The notes: a model not told the origin generated them from the letters alone. 43,887 nt of DNA from a virus (IMGVR_UViG_3300032007_000048:64001-107887), one strand, 5' to 3'; positions 9,883 to 19,604 are shown, counted from the first letter of the stretch. Numbers and translations are program-made.

Positions 9883-10842
9883 ATGGATAAACGCTTAACA
9901 GTTAAAGAATTGTTTAAAGAAAGTAATTGTGTTAGTGACATTAAAATAAGAAAAATTTTACACGAGCAATATGAGTTGTTAACTGAGAAATTAATTGATG
10001 AGTCTTATGGTTCGTTTAAAGGCCAATATCAGTCAGTTAAAAACATGGTAAAACAAGTGTTTAATAAAATTGATAATGGTGAGACTATTAATAACGGCAT
10101 TGAATCAATAATTAGAGTAAACGGAAATATTGAAGGTGTGGGAAATGTAACACTCATTGTGCATTGGTCACTAATCAATGACACAGTAGAATTACCTGTT
10201 AGTGGGAAAAGTTTTTATGAAAACAATGAGCACAAAATTGTTCTATATGTAAAATATGGTAACACACCTAAGTATGACATATCAAGTACAATGGCACACG
10301 AAATAATGCATTGTTTCCAAAAGGAATTACCAAAAGTCAAAGATGTCAATATTAACTCAATGATTTTATATAATTATTTACTATATTTTCAAAGTCAAGC
10401 ACCTGAAGAATTTAGCCATTATTTCTTTTATGGGATGTACATTACTTTCTTTATAGAAAGAACAGCTAACATATCTTCAGTGTCAAATTTCATGGAAGAA
10501 TATTTCAAAAATAGAGACAAAAACAAAATTTCGACTTTAGAATATCAAAACGCCATTGAAAAATATGATAAATACCAAATGTACGAAGAGGTGTTAGAAA
10601 ATATGTTACATAGAGAGATTAAAAATGACGATATTAAATATATAAACAAATGTTTAACCGGTAAGTTTAAGAATATATACAATCATAATGAAGACATTCT
10701 TTTATTTGACCCACAAACATTTAATGTTGAAGTCTATATTTCTAAGAAAAAGGAAGAGATTATAAAACTTTGTCAAGAGACAATTGAAAAAATGTATAAG
10801 AATATAATAAATTTTATCGAAAACTATTATGGAAGAGATTAA
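9883..10842 (+). CDS. HExxH-motif hypothetical protein, paralog 2
   Basis: STMAHEIMHCFQ; tandem duplicate of 8940..9878; likely ATG 9883. Confidence 0.75.
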   Translation: MDKRLTVKELFKESNCVSDIKIRKILHEQYELLTEKLIDESYGSFKGQYQSVKNMVKQVFNKIDNGETINNGIESIIRVNGNIEGVGNVTLIVHWSLINDTVELPVSGKSFYENNEHKIVLYVKYGNTPKYDISSTMAHEIMHCFQKELPKVKDVNINSMILYNYLLYFQSQAPEEFSHYFFYGMYITFFIERTANISSVSNFMEEYFKNRDKNKISTLEYQNAIEKYDKYQMYEEVLENMLHREIKNDDIKYINKCLTGKFKNIYNHNEDILLFDPQTFNVEVYISKKKEEIIKLCQETIEKMYKNIINFIENYYGRD

Positions 10843-12046
10843 CAACAAAACAATTATCAGAAACATTTCGTTTGACCAAACGGAGATATTATATAATATA
10901 ATGAGATTATATAATAATGGTGAGCCATTTGAATGTGATATCACGGCGAGTGAGTTAAAGTTTTATCAGAAAAACAAACAAAACAAATATGACATACCGA
11001 TTCCAAAAATACTGATGGATGTTTGTCCGCAAAGGGAAGACATTATTAAGATAACGCCGTTTCAAAAATTGCCGTTGGAAGACAACAGTCTACAAAGTAT
11101 TGTTGTTGATTTGCCTTTTGTGGTTTCTCCAAGGAACACGCCATCAAAAACAATAAATATACGAGAGGGGAACAATCTGATTAGTAACAGGTTTTCTTCC
11201 TTTTATCCTGCCGATGAGTTGTTTGAAAACATTTATTGGTGGATAAAAGAATGTTATAGGGTATTGAAAGATGATGGGATTTGTGTGTGGAAAATGCAAA
11301 GCACTGTCTCAGGTGGTCGTGAGTGTTGGTCCTCTCCCTTTTCATTTATGGTTGCTGACAAAGTGGGCTTTTATGTTGAGGATGAGTTCATACTTGAAGC
11401 CAAGGCAAGAATTGTCGCCACATCCCATTTTCCTAACGGACAACAACACGCAAGAAAGTATACATCCACTTTTTGGGTGTTCAAAAAAGACGATAAACTT
11501 GCGATGAAAAACAGTTGTTTCAGATGGCTTGAGTTATGTGAGATGCAGGAGCTTGAAGGAAAGGTTTGGTCGGATAACAAACAGAATAAGGAACTTAATA
11601 ATGTACTTGACACCAAATATTCTGAAGGTAAGAACATAAAAAAAGCCAGACGAAAAAGGCAAAATAAGAAAACACCTAAAGAGGAGAAGAAAAACGTCAA
11701 TATGGTTAACGCAATCCAACCCACAATCATTTTCTATGACAAGAAAGGTCAGGTTATTGACACTATTAATACCACTGAATTTGTTAAGGACGGAACGGTT
11801 AAAGATGTTGGTGCGGTTTTGATTAAAACACCTAAGAAAAGAGGTAGGAAATCATATGAGATATTACAATATAATAAAAATGGTGATTTCATTAGATTAT
11901 GGACATCACTTGATGAGATACAATCTAAGTTAGGTTATTCCAAAGCGTCTATTTCCCAATGTGTAAATGGAAAGATAAGGACAAGCGGTGGTTTTGTTTG
12001 GAGGAGAAAAAATGATAACATTGAAGTCAACAGAACATTACAATAA
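10829..12046 (+). CDS. DNA amino-methyltransferase-like protein with C-terminal NUMOD1-like DNA-binding module
   Basis: SIVVDLPF (DPPY-like motif IV), ECYRVLKDDGICVWKMQ; C-terminus ILQYNKNGDFIRLWTS...SISQCVNGKIRTSGGFVWR. Confidence 0.65.
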   Translation: MEEINNKTIIRNISFDQTEILYNIMRLYNNGEPFECDITASELKFYQKNKQNKYDIPIPKILMDVCPQREDIIKITPFQKLPLEDNSLQSIVVDLPFVVSPRNTPSKTINIREGNNLISNRFSSFYPADELFENIYWWIKECYRVLKDDGICVWKMQSTVSGGRECWSSPFSFMVADKVGFYVEDEFILEAKARIVATSHFPNGQQHARKYTSTFWVFKKDDKLAMKNSCFRWLELCEMQELEGKVWSDNKQNKELNNVLDTKYSEGKNIKKARRKRQNKKTPKEEKKNVNMVNAIQPTIIFYDKKGQVIDTINTTEFVKDGTVKDVGAVLIKTPKKRGRKSYEILQYNKNGDFIRLWTSLDEIQSKLGYSKASISQCVNGKIRTSGGFVWRRKNDNIEVNRTLQ

Positions 12047-13184
12047 CATATTACAAAAATATAAAAAACAAACAAGGGAGTTTTATGACAAAGCGTTCCG
12101 TCCACATGATGTGATTGGAAAATGTATGAACGCATACAGAACTTGGATTAAAACAACAAATGACACTACCTTGGAAAGTTTTTTTAACTACTATTTGACC
12201 AATGTTAAATCAGAGGATACTTTTGTGTCATTATCTAATGTTTTAAGTTATTTGACAAATTTGCCTAAAGAAGATATGCTTGATTTGTTGGTTCGTCATG
12301 TGATAATTGAGACATATTTTGGAGGACAGGTTGAGAATTATGTCATTGATTACATTAAAAAGCAAAAAGGTACTGAGATAATAAACCTTGATAAAGAAAC
12401 CAAGGAGTTGTTTGACAGGAAATATGGTGTTGACATAGTTTTTACATTTGAAGGTAAAACATATTTCGTACAGGTTAAACCAATATCATTTTTTCTTGGA
12501 AAAGCGGAAACAACTATTACCGATAGGATTAACGCTCTTAATGAAGTGAGACTTCTAAAAGAGAAATATCCGCAATACAAAGATGCGATTTTGAAATTTT
12601 GCGTGTATGACTCTGAAAAACAAGGTTTCTTAACCATTAGAAACAGTATTTTTGTGGACTTGGACAAAAAATATTTTGACAGGGACACGAAAATGTTTTG
12701 GTACGATTTTTGTAGGAACAATAAAGAAAATTTTAATTTTGTTATGGAACAAACTGAAAAGAAATTAAACTATTATGATGGCGATATTGTACCTGAGGAT
12801 GACACCATTTTTGTTTTTGGCTCTAATCCTGAGGGAAGACACGGTGCAGGTTCAGCACGAGTTGCGGTTAAACAGTTTGGAGCGATTTATGGAAAAGGTG
12901 AAGGACTGCAAGGAAACTCATATGCGTTACCCACAACTGAGTTAAGGTACAACTATCCTAAAATGACATTGGCTACCATCACCAAAAACATACAAAAACT
13001 TTATAATTGCGCAAGACAACATCCTGAAAAAAAGTTTAAAATCGCATATCGAAATAAACCTGATGAGGTAACACTATGTGGTTATAGTGGTAAACAGTTA
13101 CAGGAGTGTTTCAAAAACGCTGGTGAAATACCTGAAAATATATGGTTTTCAAAGGAATGGATAATTTCAGGCAATTTGGTCTGA
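12012..13184 (+). CDS. PD-(D/E)XK restriction-endonuclease-like domain fused to a macro-like (A1S_2505-type) domain
   Basis: N-half GVDIVF...YFVQVKP; C-half IFVFGSNPEGRHGAGSA...GEGLQGNSYALPT. Start moved to ATG 12012. Confidence 0.6.
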   Translation: MITLKSTEHYNNILQKYKKQTREFYDKAFRPHDVIGKCMNAYRTWIKTTNDTTLESFFNYYLTNVKSEDTFVSLSNVLSYLTNLPKEDMLDLLVRHVIIETYFGGQVENYVIDYIKKQKGTEIINLDKETKELFDRKYGVDIVFTFEGKTYFVQVKPISFFLGKAETTITDRINALNEVRLLKEKYPQYKDAILKFCVYDSEKQGFLTIRNSIFVDLDKKYFDRDTKMFWYDFCRNNKENFNFVMEQTEKKLNYYDGDIVPEDDTIFVFGSNPEGRHGAGSARVAVKQFGAIYGKGEGLQGNSYALPTTELRYNYPKMTLATITKNIQKLYNCARQHPEKKFKIAYRNKPDEVTLCGYSGKQLQECFKNAGEIPENIWFSKEWIISGNLV

Positions 13185-13220
13185 AATTTGCAGTAAGGTA
13201 AAGAAAACATTTTTTTAGAA

Positions 13221-14282
13221 ATGGCTGAAAAAAATTATTATGATATTTTAGGTCTTGATAAAAATTGCAGTCAAGAGGACATAAATAAAAAGTTCAAAAA
13301 ACTTGCATTACAGTACCACCCAGACCGTTGGGTAGGTAAACCAGAAAAAGAGCAAAAGGAGGCTGAGGAAAAGTTTAAAGAAATTAATGAAGCCTATCAA
13401 ACATTATCTGACCCTGACAAGAGGGCGCAATATGATAATCCAAATCCTTTTGGCGGTGCCAATGGTTTCAATCCCTTTGCTGGTTTTAATCCTTTTGGTG
13501 ATGACCCCTTTGGTGGTTTCAATCCTTTTGGTAGGGGTAATGTAAGACAAGAGCATATAAATGTCGGTAGTGATATTCACACTACGATAAACATAACATT
13601 GTCAGATGCGTACAATGGTGGTAAGAAAAAAATAACCATTGAGAAACAGGTACATTGTTCTGACTGTAATGGAACTGGTTCTGCTGATGGTGAGGAAACC
13701 ACATGTCCCCATTGTCACGGTACAGGTATGATAAGTAAAAAAACTGTTGAGGGGTATATGACATCAATAATCTCATCACCATGTCCACATTGTCATGGAA
13801 CAGGGAAAATTATTAAAAACCCTTGCAAGTCTTGTAATGGAACAGGATTGAAAACCAAGACAGTGATGCAAGAAATAGAAATACCGAAGGGTGTTTTTGA
13901 TGGTGTACAGATTGTTTATGAGGGTCTTGGTAATGAACCGAAAGGCAAAGGAAAAAATGGTGACCTTATAATTCAATATAGAGTTGAAAACAGTGACTAT
14001 TTCAAAGTCAAAGGTATTGACATTATACATGAGGAAAACATAAAATTTAATGAGGCAATGCTTGGTTGTGAGCGTGAAATTAGTTTTATGGATGGTACTA
14101 AGCAAAAACTGACAATACCTGAAGGTACGAAAGACAATACACAATTCACTTACAAAAACAAGGGTATGTTTAATTTACAGACAAGAGACGGATATGGTAA
14201 TTATATTGTTGTTGTTAAATATGTTTATCCAAACAAATTGAGTGATGAACAAAAAAAGATATTGGAGGGGTTTAAATGGTAA
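13221..14282 (+). CDS. dnaJ: DnaJ chaperone
   Basis: J domain with HPD, G/F-rich region, four CxxCxGxG repeats. Confidence 0.95.
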   Translation: MAEKNYYDILGLDKNCSQEDINKKFKKLALQYHPDRWVGKPEKEQKEAEEKFKEINEAYQTLSDPDKRAQYDNPNPFGGANGFNPFAGFNPFGDDPFGGFNPFGRGNVRQEHINVGSDIHTTINITLSDAYNGGKKKITIEKQVHCSDCNGTGSADGEETTCPHCHGTGMISKKTVEGYMTSIISSPCPHCHGTGKIIKNPCKSCNGTGLKTKTVMQEIEIPKGVFDGVQIVYEGLGNEPKGKGKNGDLIIQYRVENSDYFKVKGIDIIHEENIKFNEAMLGCEREISFMDGTKQKLTIPEGTKDNTQFTYKNKGMFNLQTRDGYGNYIVVVKYVYPNKLSDEQKKILEGFKW

Positions 14283-14947
14283 AAGAGATAATAGTGGGTG
14301 AGAACCTTATAAACCATATTAAAGAATATGATGTGATATTAGTCGGTACATCTATCAAAAATTGTTTTGGTAATGGTTTTCAGTACGATATTGGTTTGAA
14401 TTTTCCTGATGTCCTTAAAGTAAACAGAAAAACAAAATATGATGACCCTAACAAGTTAGGAACATGTGAGGTCGTGACATCATATCAGAAAAAAGGTTTT
14501 CCGTTGTTTGTTATATGTTACATCACAAAAGGTAGATACAGACCTGATATACAACCTGATGCTCTTGATTATAACGCGTTAACAAATTGTTTGGAATTGG
14601 TAAATAAACATTTCAAAGGCAAAAAAATAGGCACGACACTTATAGGTAATTCAAATTATGAGGCAGGTGGTAACGCCAAAAAAATATATGATATAATTGC
14701 GGACACTTGTGATGATGTTGATTTATATATTTACGATTTTGAACAGGAAAATTATAAGGAAAAAATAAGAAACACATTTGTTAATATAGTCAAAGACTAT
14801 AAAACCAATAACATTACACTTGAAGAATATCAGGACAGAATGAAAAAATTTTGTTGGGAAAAATCATTTGGAATATATACACCTATGCCTGATATGTCTT
14901 TGACTGAAATAAGAAATGAAATTAAAAGGTTAAAGTACAATGATTGA
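14276..14947 (+). CDS. Macrodomain-like hypothetical protein
   Basis: YDVILVGTSIKNCFGNGFQ and ALTNCLELVNKHF.GKKIG pattern. Confidence 0.5.
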   Translation: MVKEIIVGENLINHIKEYDVILVGTSIKNCFGNGFQYDIGLNFPDVLKVNRKTKYDDPNKLGTCEVVTSYQKKGFPLFVICYITKGRYRPDIQPDALDYNALTNCLELVNKHFKGKKIGTTLIGNSNYEAGGNAKKIYDIIADTCDDVDLYIYDFEQENYKEKIRNTFVNIVKDYKTNNITLEEYQDRMKKFCWEKSFGIYTPMPDMSLTEIRNEIKRLKYND

Positions 14948-15410
14948 AGCATTTAGTTTTAAAAAGTTCAATAATGAGAAAATAGAAAATATTGAAGACT
15001 ATGTTAAGGACTATTGTTCTAACCATAAAGATATTGACATAATGGTGGGTACTGATTCCCAAAACAAAGGGCAAAAAACATATTATTCTACTGTTATCGC
15101 TTTATATACACCAGGACATGGCGCACATTGTCTTTTCAAAAGATGGAACACGTCAAAGGAAAGGGTAAGAAACACAAGGCTCATGAATGAGGTTGCGGCA
15201 TCAATAGAGACTGCGGAATCAATTAAAGAAAAAACCGGTATTAAACCGAAATATATTGATATTGACATAAATCCAAATCCCAAATTTAAATCCAATGAGG
15301 TCTATTCAGCCGCTAAAGGTTGGATTGAAGGGCTTGGATATGAGGTAAGATTTAAAACATTCGGACCACTTGTGACTACAATGGCAGATTGGATTGTTAA
15401 AGGAAATTAG
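14940..15410 (+). CDS. RNase H-like YkuK/DUF458 family protein
   Basis: IMVGTDSQ, RLMNEV, IDIDIN, ADW motifs. Confidence 0.7.
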   Translation: MIEAFSFKKFNNEKIENIEDYVKDYCSNHKDIDIMVGTDSQNKGQKTYYSTVIALYTPGHGAHCLFKRWNTSKERVRNTRLMNEVAASIETAESIKEKTGIKPKYIDIDINPNPKFKSNEVYSAAKGWIEGLGYEVRFKTFGPLVTTMADWIVKGN

Positions 15411-15412
15411 AG

Positions 15413-15919
15413 ATGTGTAAAAACAAACGAATTTTATTTCTTGATATTGATGGTGTTTTGTCTTCAATACCGTTTTTAATGACAGGCAAAGGTTATGTTG
15501 ACCCTGAAAAATGTAAATTACTTAATGTGCTTAATGATTATAATGTTGAGGTAGTAATATCATCTTCATGGGGTTATGATAACGGAAGAACAGAAAAAAC
15601 ACTAAAGGAATGTGGTCTTGAATTACCGATTATAGGTTATACTGAACATTTTCATGTTGATTGGATGTGTAGGGGTAATGAAATAGAAAAATGGTTAATT
15701 GATAATTTCAAGGGGATAGCAACAAAATACGGTAAAGACCGAAACGGTGTTCCATACTATAAGCATAGGTATCATGAAGACCAAGTTCCATATGAATATG
15801 TGATAGTTGATGATGACACAGACTTTTTGTTAGGCCAAAAAGATAATTTCATACACATTGATGAAAACACGGGAATAACAGAAAAAGACATTGAGAAAAT
15901 AATTGATATACTCAAATGA
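15413..15919 (+). CDS. HAD-superfamily protein (HAD_SAK_2-like)
   Basis: ILFLDIDGVL, VISSSW, RGNEIEKWL, YVIVDDD. Confidence 0.8.
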   Translation: MCKNKRILFLDIDGVLSSIPFLMTGKGYVDPEKCKLLNVLNDYNVEVVISSSWGYDNGRTEKTLKECGLELPIIGYTEHFHVDWMCRGNEIEKWLIDNFKGIATKYGKDRNGVPYYKHRYHEDQVPYEYVIVDDDTDFLLGQKDNFIHIDENTGITEKDIEKIIDILK

Positions 15920-15946
15920 ACCATGTCAATTTGACATGGTTTTTTC
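15919..15946 (+). terminator. Intrinsic terminator
   Basis: AACCATGTCAA-t-TTGACATGGTT followed by T-run. Confidence 0.8.
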
Positions 15947-15973
15947 CATGACTTTTGTTTTTTATATTATTTA

Positions 15974-16110
15974 GGGAATGATATACTTGTTGGCTAACAC
16001 CACTTTATATCTCAGCGATTCACAGGGTTCGTAACCTCTTCCCTCCACGCCATGCAGTCGTTCCCTCGGCTGTCTTTTATTTCTATAAACCTATAAGGTT
16101 TTGTTTTTCT
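15974..16110 (-). ncRNA. Probable omega/reRNA scaffold of the TIR-flanked tnpB
   Basis: GC-rich structured tract at the tnpB 3' end (GACAGCCGAGGGAACGACTGCATGGCGTGGAGGG...), hairpin GATATA/TATATC inside the end; position typical of TnpB guide scaffolds. Confidence 0.6.
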
Positions 16111-17210
16111 AATGCAATCCTTTTTACATTAATAGCCGCATTAACATCCCTGTCATGGTGTTCACCACATACAGGACACGCCCATTGTCTATCAGATAAT
16201 TTTAATTCCCTGTTAACATATCCGCAACAATGACATAATTTACTGCTTGGTTCATACCTACCTATGAACACAATGTTTTTACCGTACCATTCAGATTTAT
16301 ATGTGAGTTGTCTGACAAATTCACCCCAAGCGGCATCACTTATTGCTTTTGCGAGATGATGATTCTGTTCTATTCCTTTTACATTTAAATCTTCAAGACA
16401 AATCGTGTCATGCTTCCTAACTAAATCAGTGGATAATTTGTGAATGAAATCATTACGTTGATTGGTTATGCTCCTATAACACTTTGCGACTTGTAATCTT
16501 GCTTTTTCATGGCGATTTGAACCTTGCTTGGTTCTCGCAAATGTCTTTTGCCAATGAGCAAGCATTTTTTGTGATTTATCAAGGTGTTTTGGGTTGCTAT
16601 ATTTTGTACCATCAGATAAAATGGCATAATCCTTAATTCCAAGGTCAATACCAACAGTGGTTTCTGTTATAATTGTTTTTTTATCATTGTTTGATTGTTG
16701 ATTATCAACAACAACTGATACCCAATAAGTACCACATTTATCCTTTGAAACTGTTACCGTGCCTTGTTTAGATGTATCTTGATTCCATGTACGGTTTTTG
16801 CAAAGTTTAATCCATCCCATTTTTGGAATTTTTACTTTCCAATTTTCAAAATCAAAATGGGCACAGTTAATGAACTTAGCCGATTCTCTTGATTTTTTCT
16901 TGGATTTGAAATTTGGGTAATTTGATTTTTTACGGAAAAACCCAGTAAATGCATTTTCAAGGTTTCTTAGTGATTGTTGTAGTGATTCGTTAGCACATTC
17001 ACAAAGAAATGAGGTTTCGTTTTGTTGTTTTAATACAGTTAATTGTTTTGCTAAATCATTATATGATATGGATTTACCATATTCTTTATATGTTTGTGTT
17101 TTTATTTTAAGCCCCCAATTATAGATATACCTTGCACATCCGAAGAACTTATTTAAAAGTTGTTTTTGTTCTTCTGATGGTAGGATTTTATATTTGTATG
17201 CTTTAATCAT
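16083..17210 (-). CDS. tnpB: RNA-guided endonuclease TnpB
   Basis: N-terminal KAYKYKILP, RuvC VGIDLG / CLEDL / DRDVNAA intact, CxxC...CxxC zinc finger. Confidence 0.92.
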   Translation of the reverse strand: MIKAYKYKILPSEEQKQLLNKFFGCARYIYNWGLKIKTQTYKEYGKSISYNDLAKQLTVLKQQNETSFLCECANESLQQSLRNLENAFTGFFRKKSNYPNFKSKKKSRESAKFINCAHFDFENWKVKIPKMGWIKLCKNRTWNQDTSKQGTVTVSKDKCGTYWVSVVVDNQQSNNDKKTIITETTVGIDLGIKDYAILSDGTKYSNPKHLDKSQKMLAHWQKTFARTKQGSNRHEKARLQVAKCYRSITNQRNDFIHKLSTDLVRKHDTICLEDLNVKGIEQNHHLAKAISDAAWGEFVRQLTYKSEWYGKNIVFIGRYEPSSKLCHCCGYVNRELKLSDRQWACPVCGEHHDRDVNAAINVKRIALEKQNLIGL

Positions 17211-17243
17211 TACATATATAAATAGTTAATAAAAGTGAAAAAG

Positions 17244-17274
17244 TTTGTTTTTATTTAAAAAATTTATATATTTG
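17244..17274 (+). promoter_or_regulatory. Bacteroidota sigma-A-type promoter inside the element, facing outward toward the primase gene
   Basis: TTTG (17244) N19 TATATTTG (17267-17274). Confidence 0.65.
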
Positions 17275-17355
17275 CAGTGGCTGAGTTAAAGGGAACACCT
17301 TAGCCAACATGTATATCGTTCCCATTATTTATTTGTATTTTTGTAAAAAAAAGAT

Positions 17356-18381
17356 ATGTTACCAATAGAAGTCAGGCAGGTGTACAACATATTAGTCTCA
17401 ATATTGGGTGAATCCAAACAAGGTGGATTCAGCACTAATGAGACTCAATATCAGTTTAACTGTCCTTGGGAGACAGTGGAAAACGGCGGCACACCTGACA
17501 TGAAATACAATTTGGAGGTTTCTTTGTCTTTGGGAAAATTTCACACATGGTGTTGTAATCATGGTGGAACGATATCAAGGTTAATCAAGAGATGGGGTAG
17601 CAGTGAAATGTTATCAGACTATTTCTCTGTTATTAAAGACCTTAAAGAAAACAAATATTATGACCTTGATTTGTTCAAAGATAACGAAAATACTTTATTT
17701 GGTACTACAAACAACCTAACATTACCACCAACATATACAAAAATTAATTTAGAGAAATGTAGAAAAAACAAACTAGTTGAATATCTCAAAAAAAGAAACA
17801 TCACGCAAGATATAATTGACTTTTACAACATCGGTTATACCACTTGGGATGAGGAGAAATGGCAAGACAGAGATAGAATAATAATTCCTTCTTATGATTG
17901 TAACGGTGATTTGAATTATTGGGTTGGAAGAGATTTTTCAGGTAATCCCAAAAAAACAAAATACAAAAATTGTGATGTTGACAAGAAAAAAATAATCTTT
18001 CAAGAGGAAAAAATAAAATGGTGTGCGGACATATGGCTTTGTGAAGGTGCGATTGATTGTATTTACGGTAACGGAAACACAGTGTCTTTATTAGGTAAAT
18101 CATTAACCAAAGACAGTGAACTATATAAAAACTTATATAACAAAGCCAACGCGAATGTGATTATTTGTCTTGATGGTGATGTTGATAAGACTGAAATCAA
18201 AAGAATGTATAGTTTACTTAACATAGGAAGATTAAGAAATAAAATTTGGTATGTTGAATTGGGTAGTGACACACTACCTTGGAAAGATTTTGGTGAGGCA
18301 TATGAGCAGGGTGGAAAACAGAATATGATAAAAATTTTTAAAAATAAAAAACAATTCAATGAGATTGAGTTGTTAGTCTAA
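17356..18381 (+). CDS. DNA primase (TOPRIM)
   Basis: QYQFNCP...FHTWCC zinc-site-like N-terminus, RIIIPSY, YWVGR, WLCEGAIDC, CLDGD. Confidence 0.8.
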   Translation: MLPIEVRQVYNILVSILGESKQGGFSTNETQYQFNCPWETVENGGTPDMKYNLEVSLSLGKFHTWCCNHGGTISRLIKRWGSSEMLSDYFSVIKDLKENKYYDLDLFKDNENTLFGTTNNLTLPPTYTKINLEKCRKNKLVEYLKKRNITQDIIDFYNIGYTTWDEEKWQDRDRIIIPSYDCNGDLNYWVGRDFSGNPKKTKYKNCDVDKKKIIFQEEKIKWCADIWLCEGAIDCIYGNGNTVSLLGKSLTKDSELYKNLYNKANANVIICLDGDVDKTEIKRMYSLLNIGRLRNKIWYVELGSDTLPWKDFGEAYEQGGKQNMIKIFKNKKQFNEIELLV

Positions 18382-18387
18382 AAAATA

Positions 18388-18759
18388 ATGTTAAAAACAA
18401 CAAAACCAATGGCATATAAGAAAAAATTAACTGATAATGAGTTTGTGGAACTTGTTATTAACAAAGAACTGGAAATCGCAGGTGCTGATATGAGATATGC
18501 TGATATCATCAAACTGACGAAAGATGAGCAACAGAAAATGCAATGGTGGACTAAATACACTTTCAAGACACTTGAACAGTTTCTTGAATGGAGACAATTT
18601 TTCTACGACCATTTTTATGATTGGCAACCGAAATCAGTAAAGAAAAGCACAATGGAAAGAGAATTTCAATGGTGGAATCTCCAATGGGGTCTCAAGTATG
18701 ACTTCGACTATGAGGAAATCGCAAAACATGATGAACAACAAAAAAAGAAAAAGAAATGA
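18388..18759 (+). CDS. Hypothetical protein
   Basis: 123-aa ORF in a tightly packed + strand run. Confidence 0.65.
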   Translation: MLKTTKPMAYKKKLTDNEFVELVINKELEIAGADMRYADIIKLTKDEQQKMQWWTKYTFKTLEQFLEWRQFFYDHFYDWQPKSVKKSTMEREFQWWNLQWGLKYDFDYEEIAKHDEQQKKKKK

Positions 18760-19604
18760 GTGACATAAAAAAAATAATAGCATGTGCTGATATACACATG
18801 CCAAACCTTCGTGGCATTAAAGAACTGAAAAATATCTTGTCATCATTTATTGAACAGTGTAAAGAGATTGTTAACTCAGAGGAAGACAATGATTGTGTCA
18901 GGATAGTTGTCGCAGGTGACTTGTTCACTAACAAAATTGACTGTTCAAATGAGAGTATAATCGCGACGCATTGGTTCCTTTCGGAATTAGGAAACATCTG
19001 TAAAACAATTGTTATCGCAGGAAATCATGACATGTTAATGAACAATACGGACAGAATTGATTCAATAACACCAGTATTTGAAATCAGTAATATGAAGAAT
19101 GTCGGATACCTTGACAAACATCTCAATTACAAATCAGGATGTTATAGGGATAACAATGTCGTATGGTGTCTTTATTCTTCTTTTGACGGTTTTAACACTC
19201 CTGATATCAAAGCGGCAAAAACAAAATATGGTGAGGACAAAACATATATCGGTTTAATCCATGGTGATGTTAATGGTGCGGTAACCGTAACTAACTATGT
19301 TACAGAGAATGGTATTGACCCTAATGTTTTTGAAAATTGTGATTTTGTTATTGCTGGTCATATTCATAAAAGACAGGAAATCAAGAAAAATGGTGTGAAA
19401 GTGGTTTATTGTTCCTCCATTAATCAAAAAAACTTTGGTGAAAGTATAACCGAACATGGTTTTGTCGTTTGGGACATATCAAATAAAGATGATTACACAT
19501 ATGAATATGTTGATGTGCCTAATCCTGATGGCGGTTATTATAAATTTTCCATAAATAACATTGATGATATTAATAATGATATGGAAGAATTAATCAATTT
19601 ATAA
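18756..19604 (+). CDS. Metallophosphoesterase, SbcD/Mre11/gp47-like nuclease subunit
   Basis: ADIH, AGDLF, GNHD, GHIH motifs. Confidence 0.85.
   Translation: MSDIKKIIACADIHMPNLRGIKELKNILSSFIEQCKEIVNSEEDNDCVRIVVAGDLFTNKIDCSNESIIATHWFLSELGNICKTIVIAGNHDMLMNNTDRIDSITPVFEISNMKNVGYLDKHLNYKSGCYRDNNVVWCLYSSFDGFNTPDIKAAKTKYGEDKTYIGLIHGDVNGAVTVTNYVTENGIDPNVFENCDFVIAGHIHKRQEIKKNGVKVVYCSSINQKNFGESITEHGFVVWDISNKDDYTYEYVDVPNPDGGYYKFSINNIDDINNDMEELINL

Larger units (their letters stand above)
15974..17323 (-). mobile_element. tnpB-only element with 24-bp terminal inverted repeats and 8-bp target-site duplication
   Basis: GGGAATGATATACTTGTTGGCTAA (15974-15997) vs reverse complement of 17300-17323 (22/24 identical); ATTATTTA at 15966-15973 and 17324-17331. 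Confidence 0.85.
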
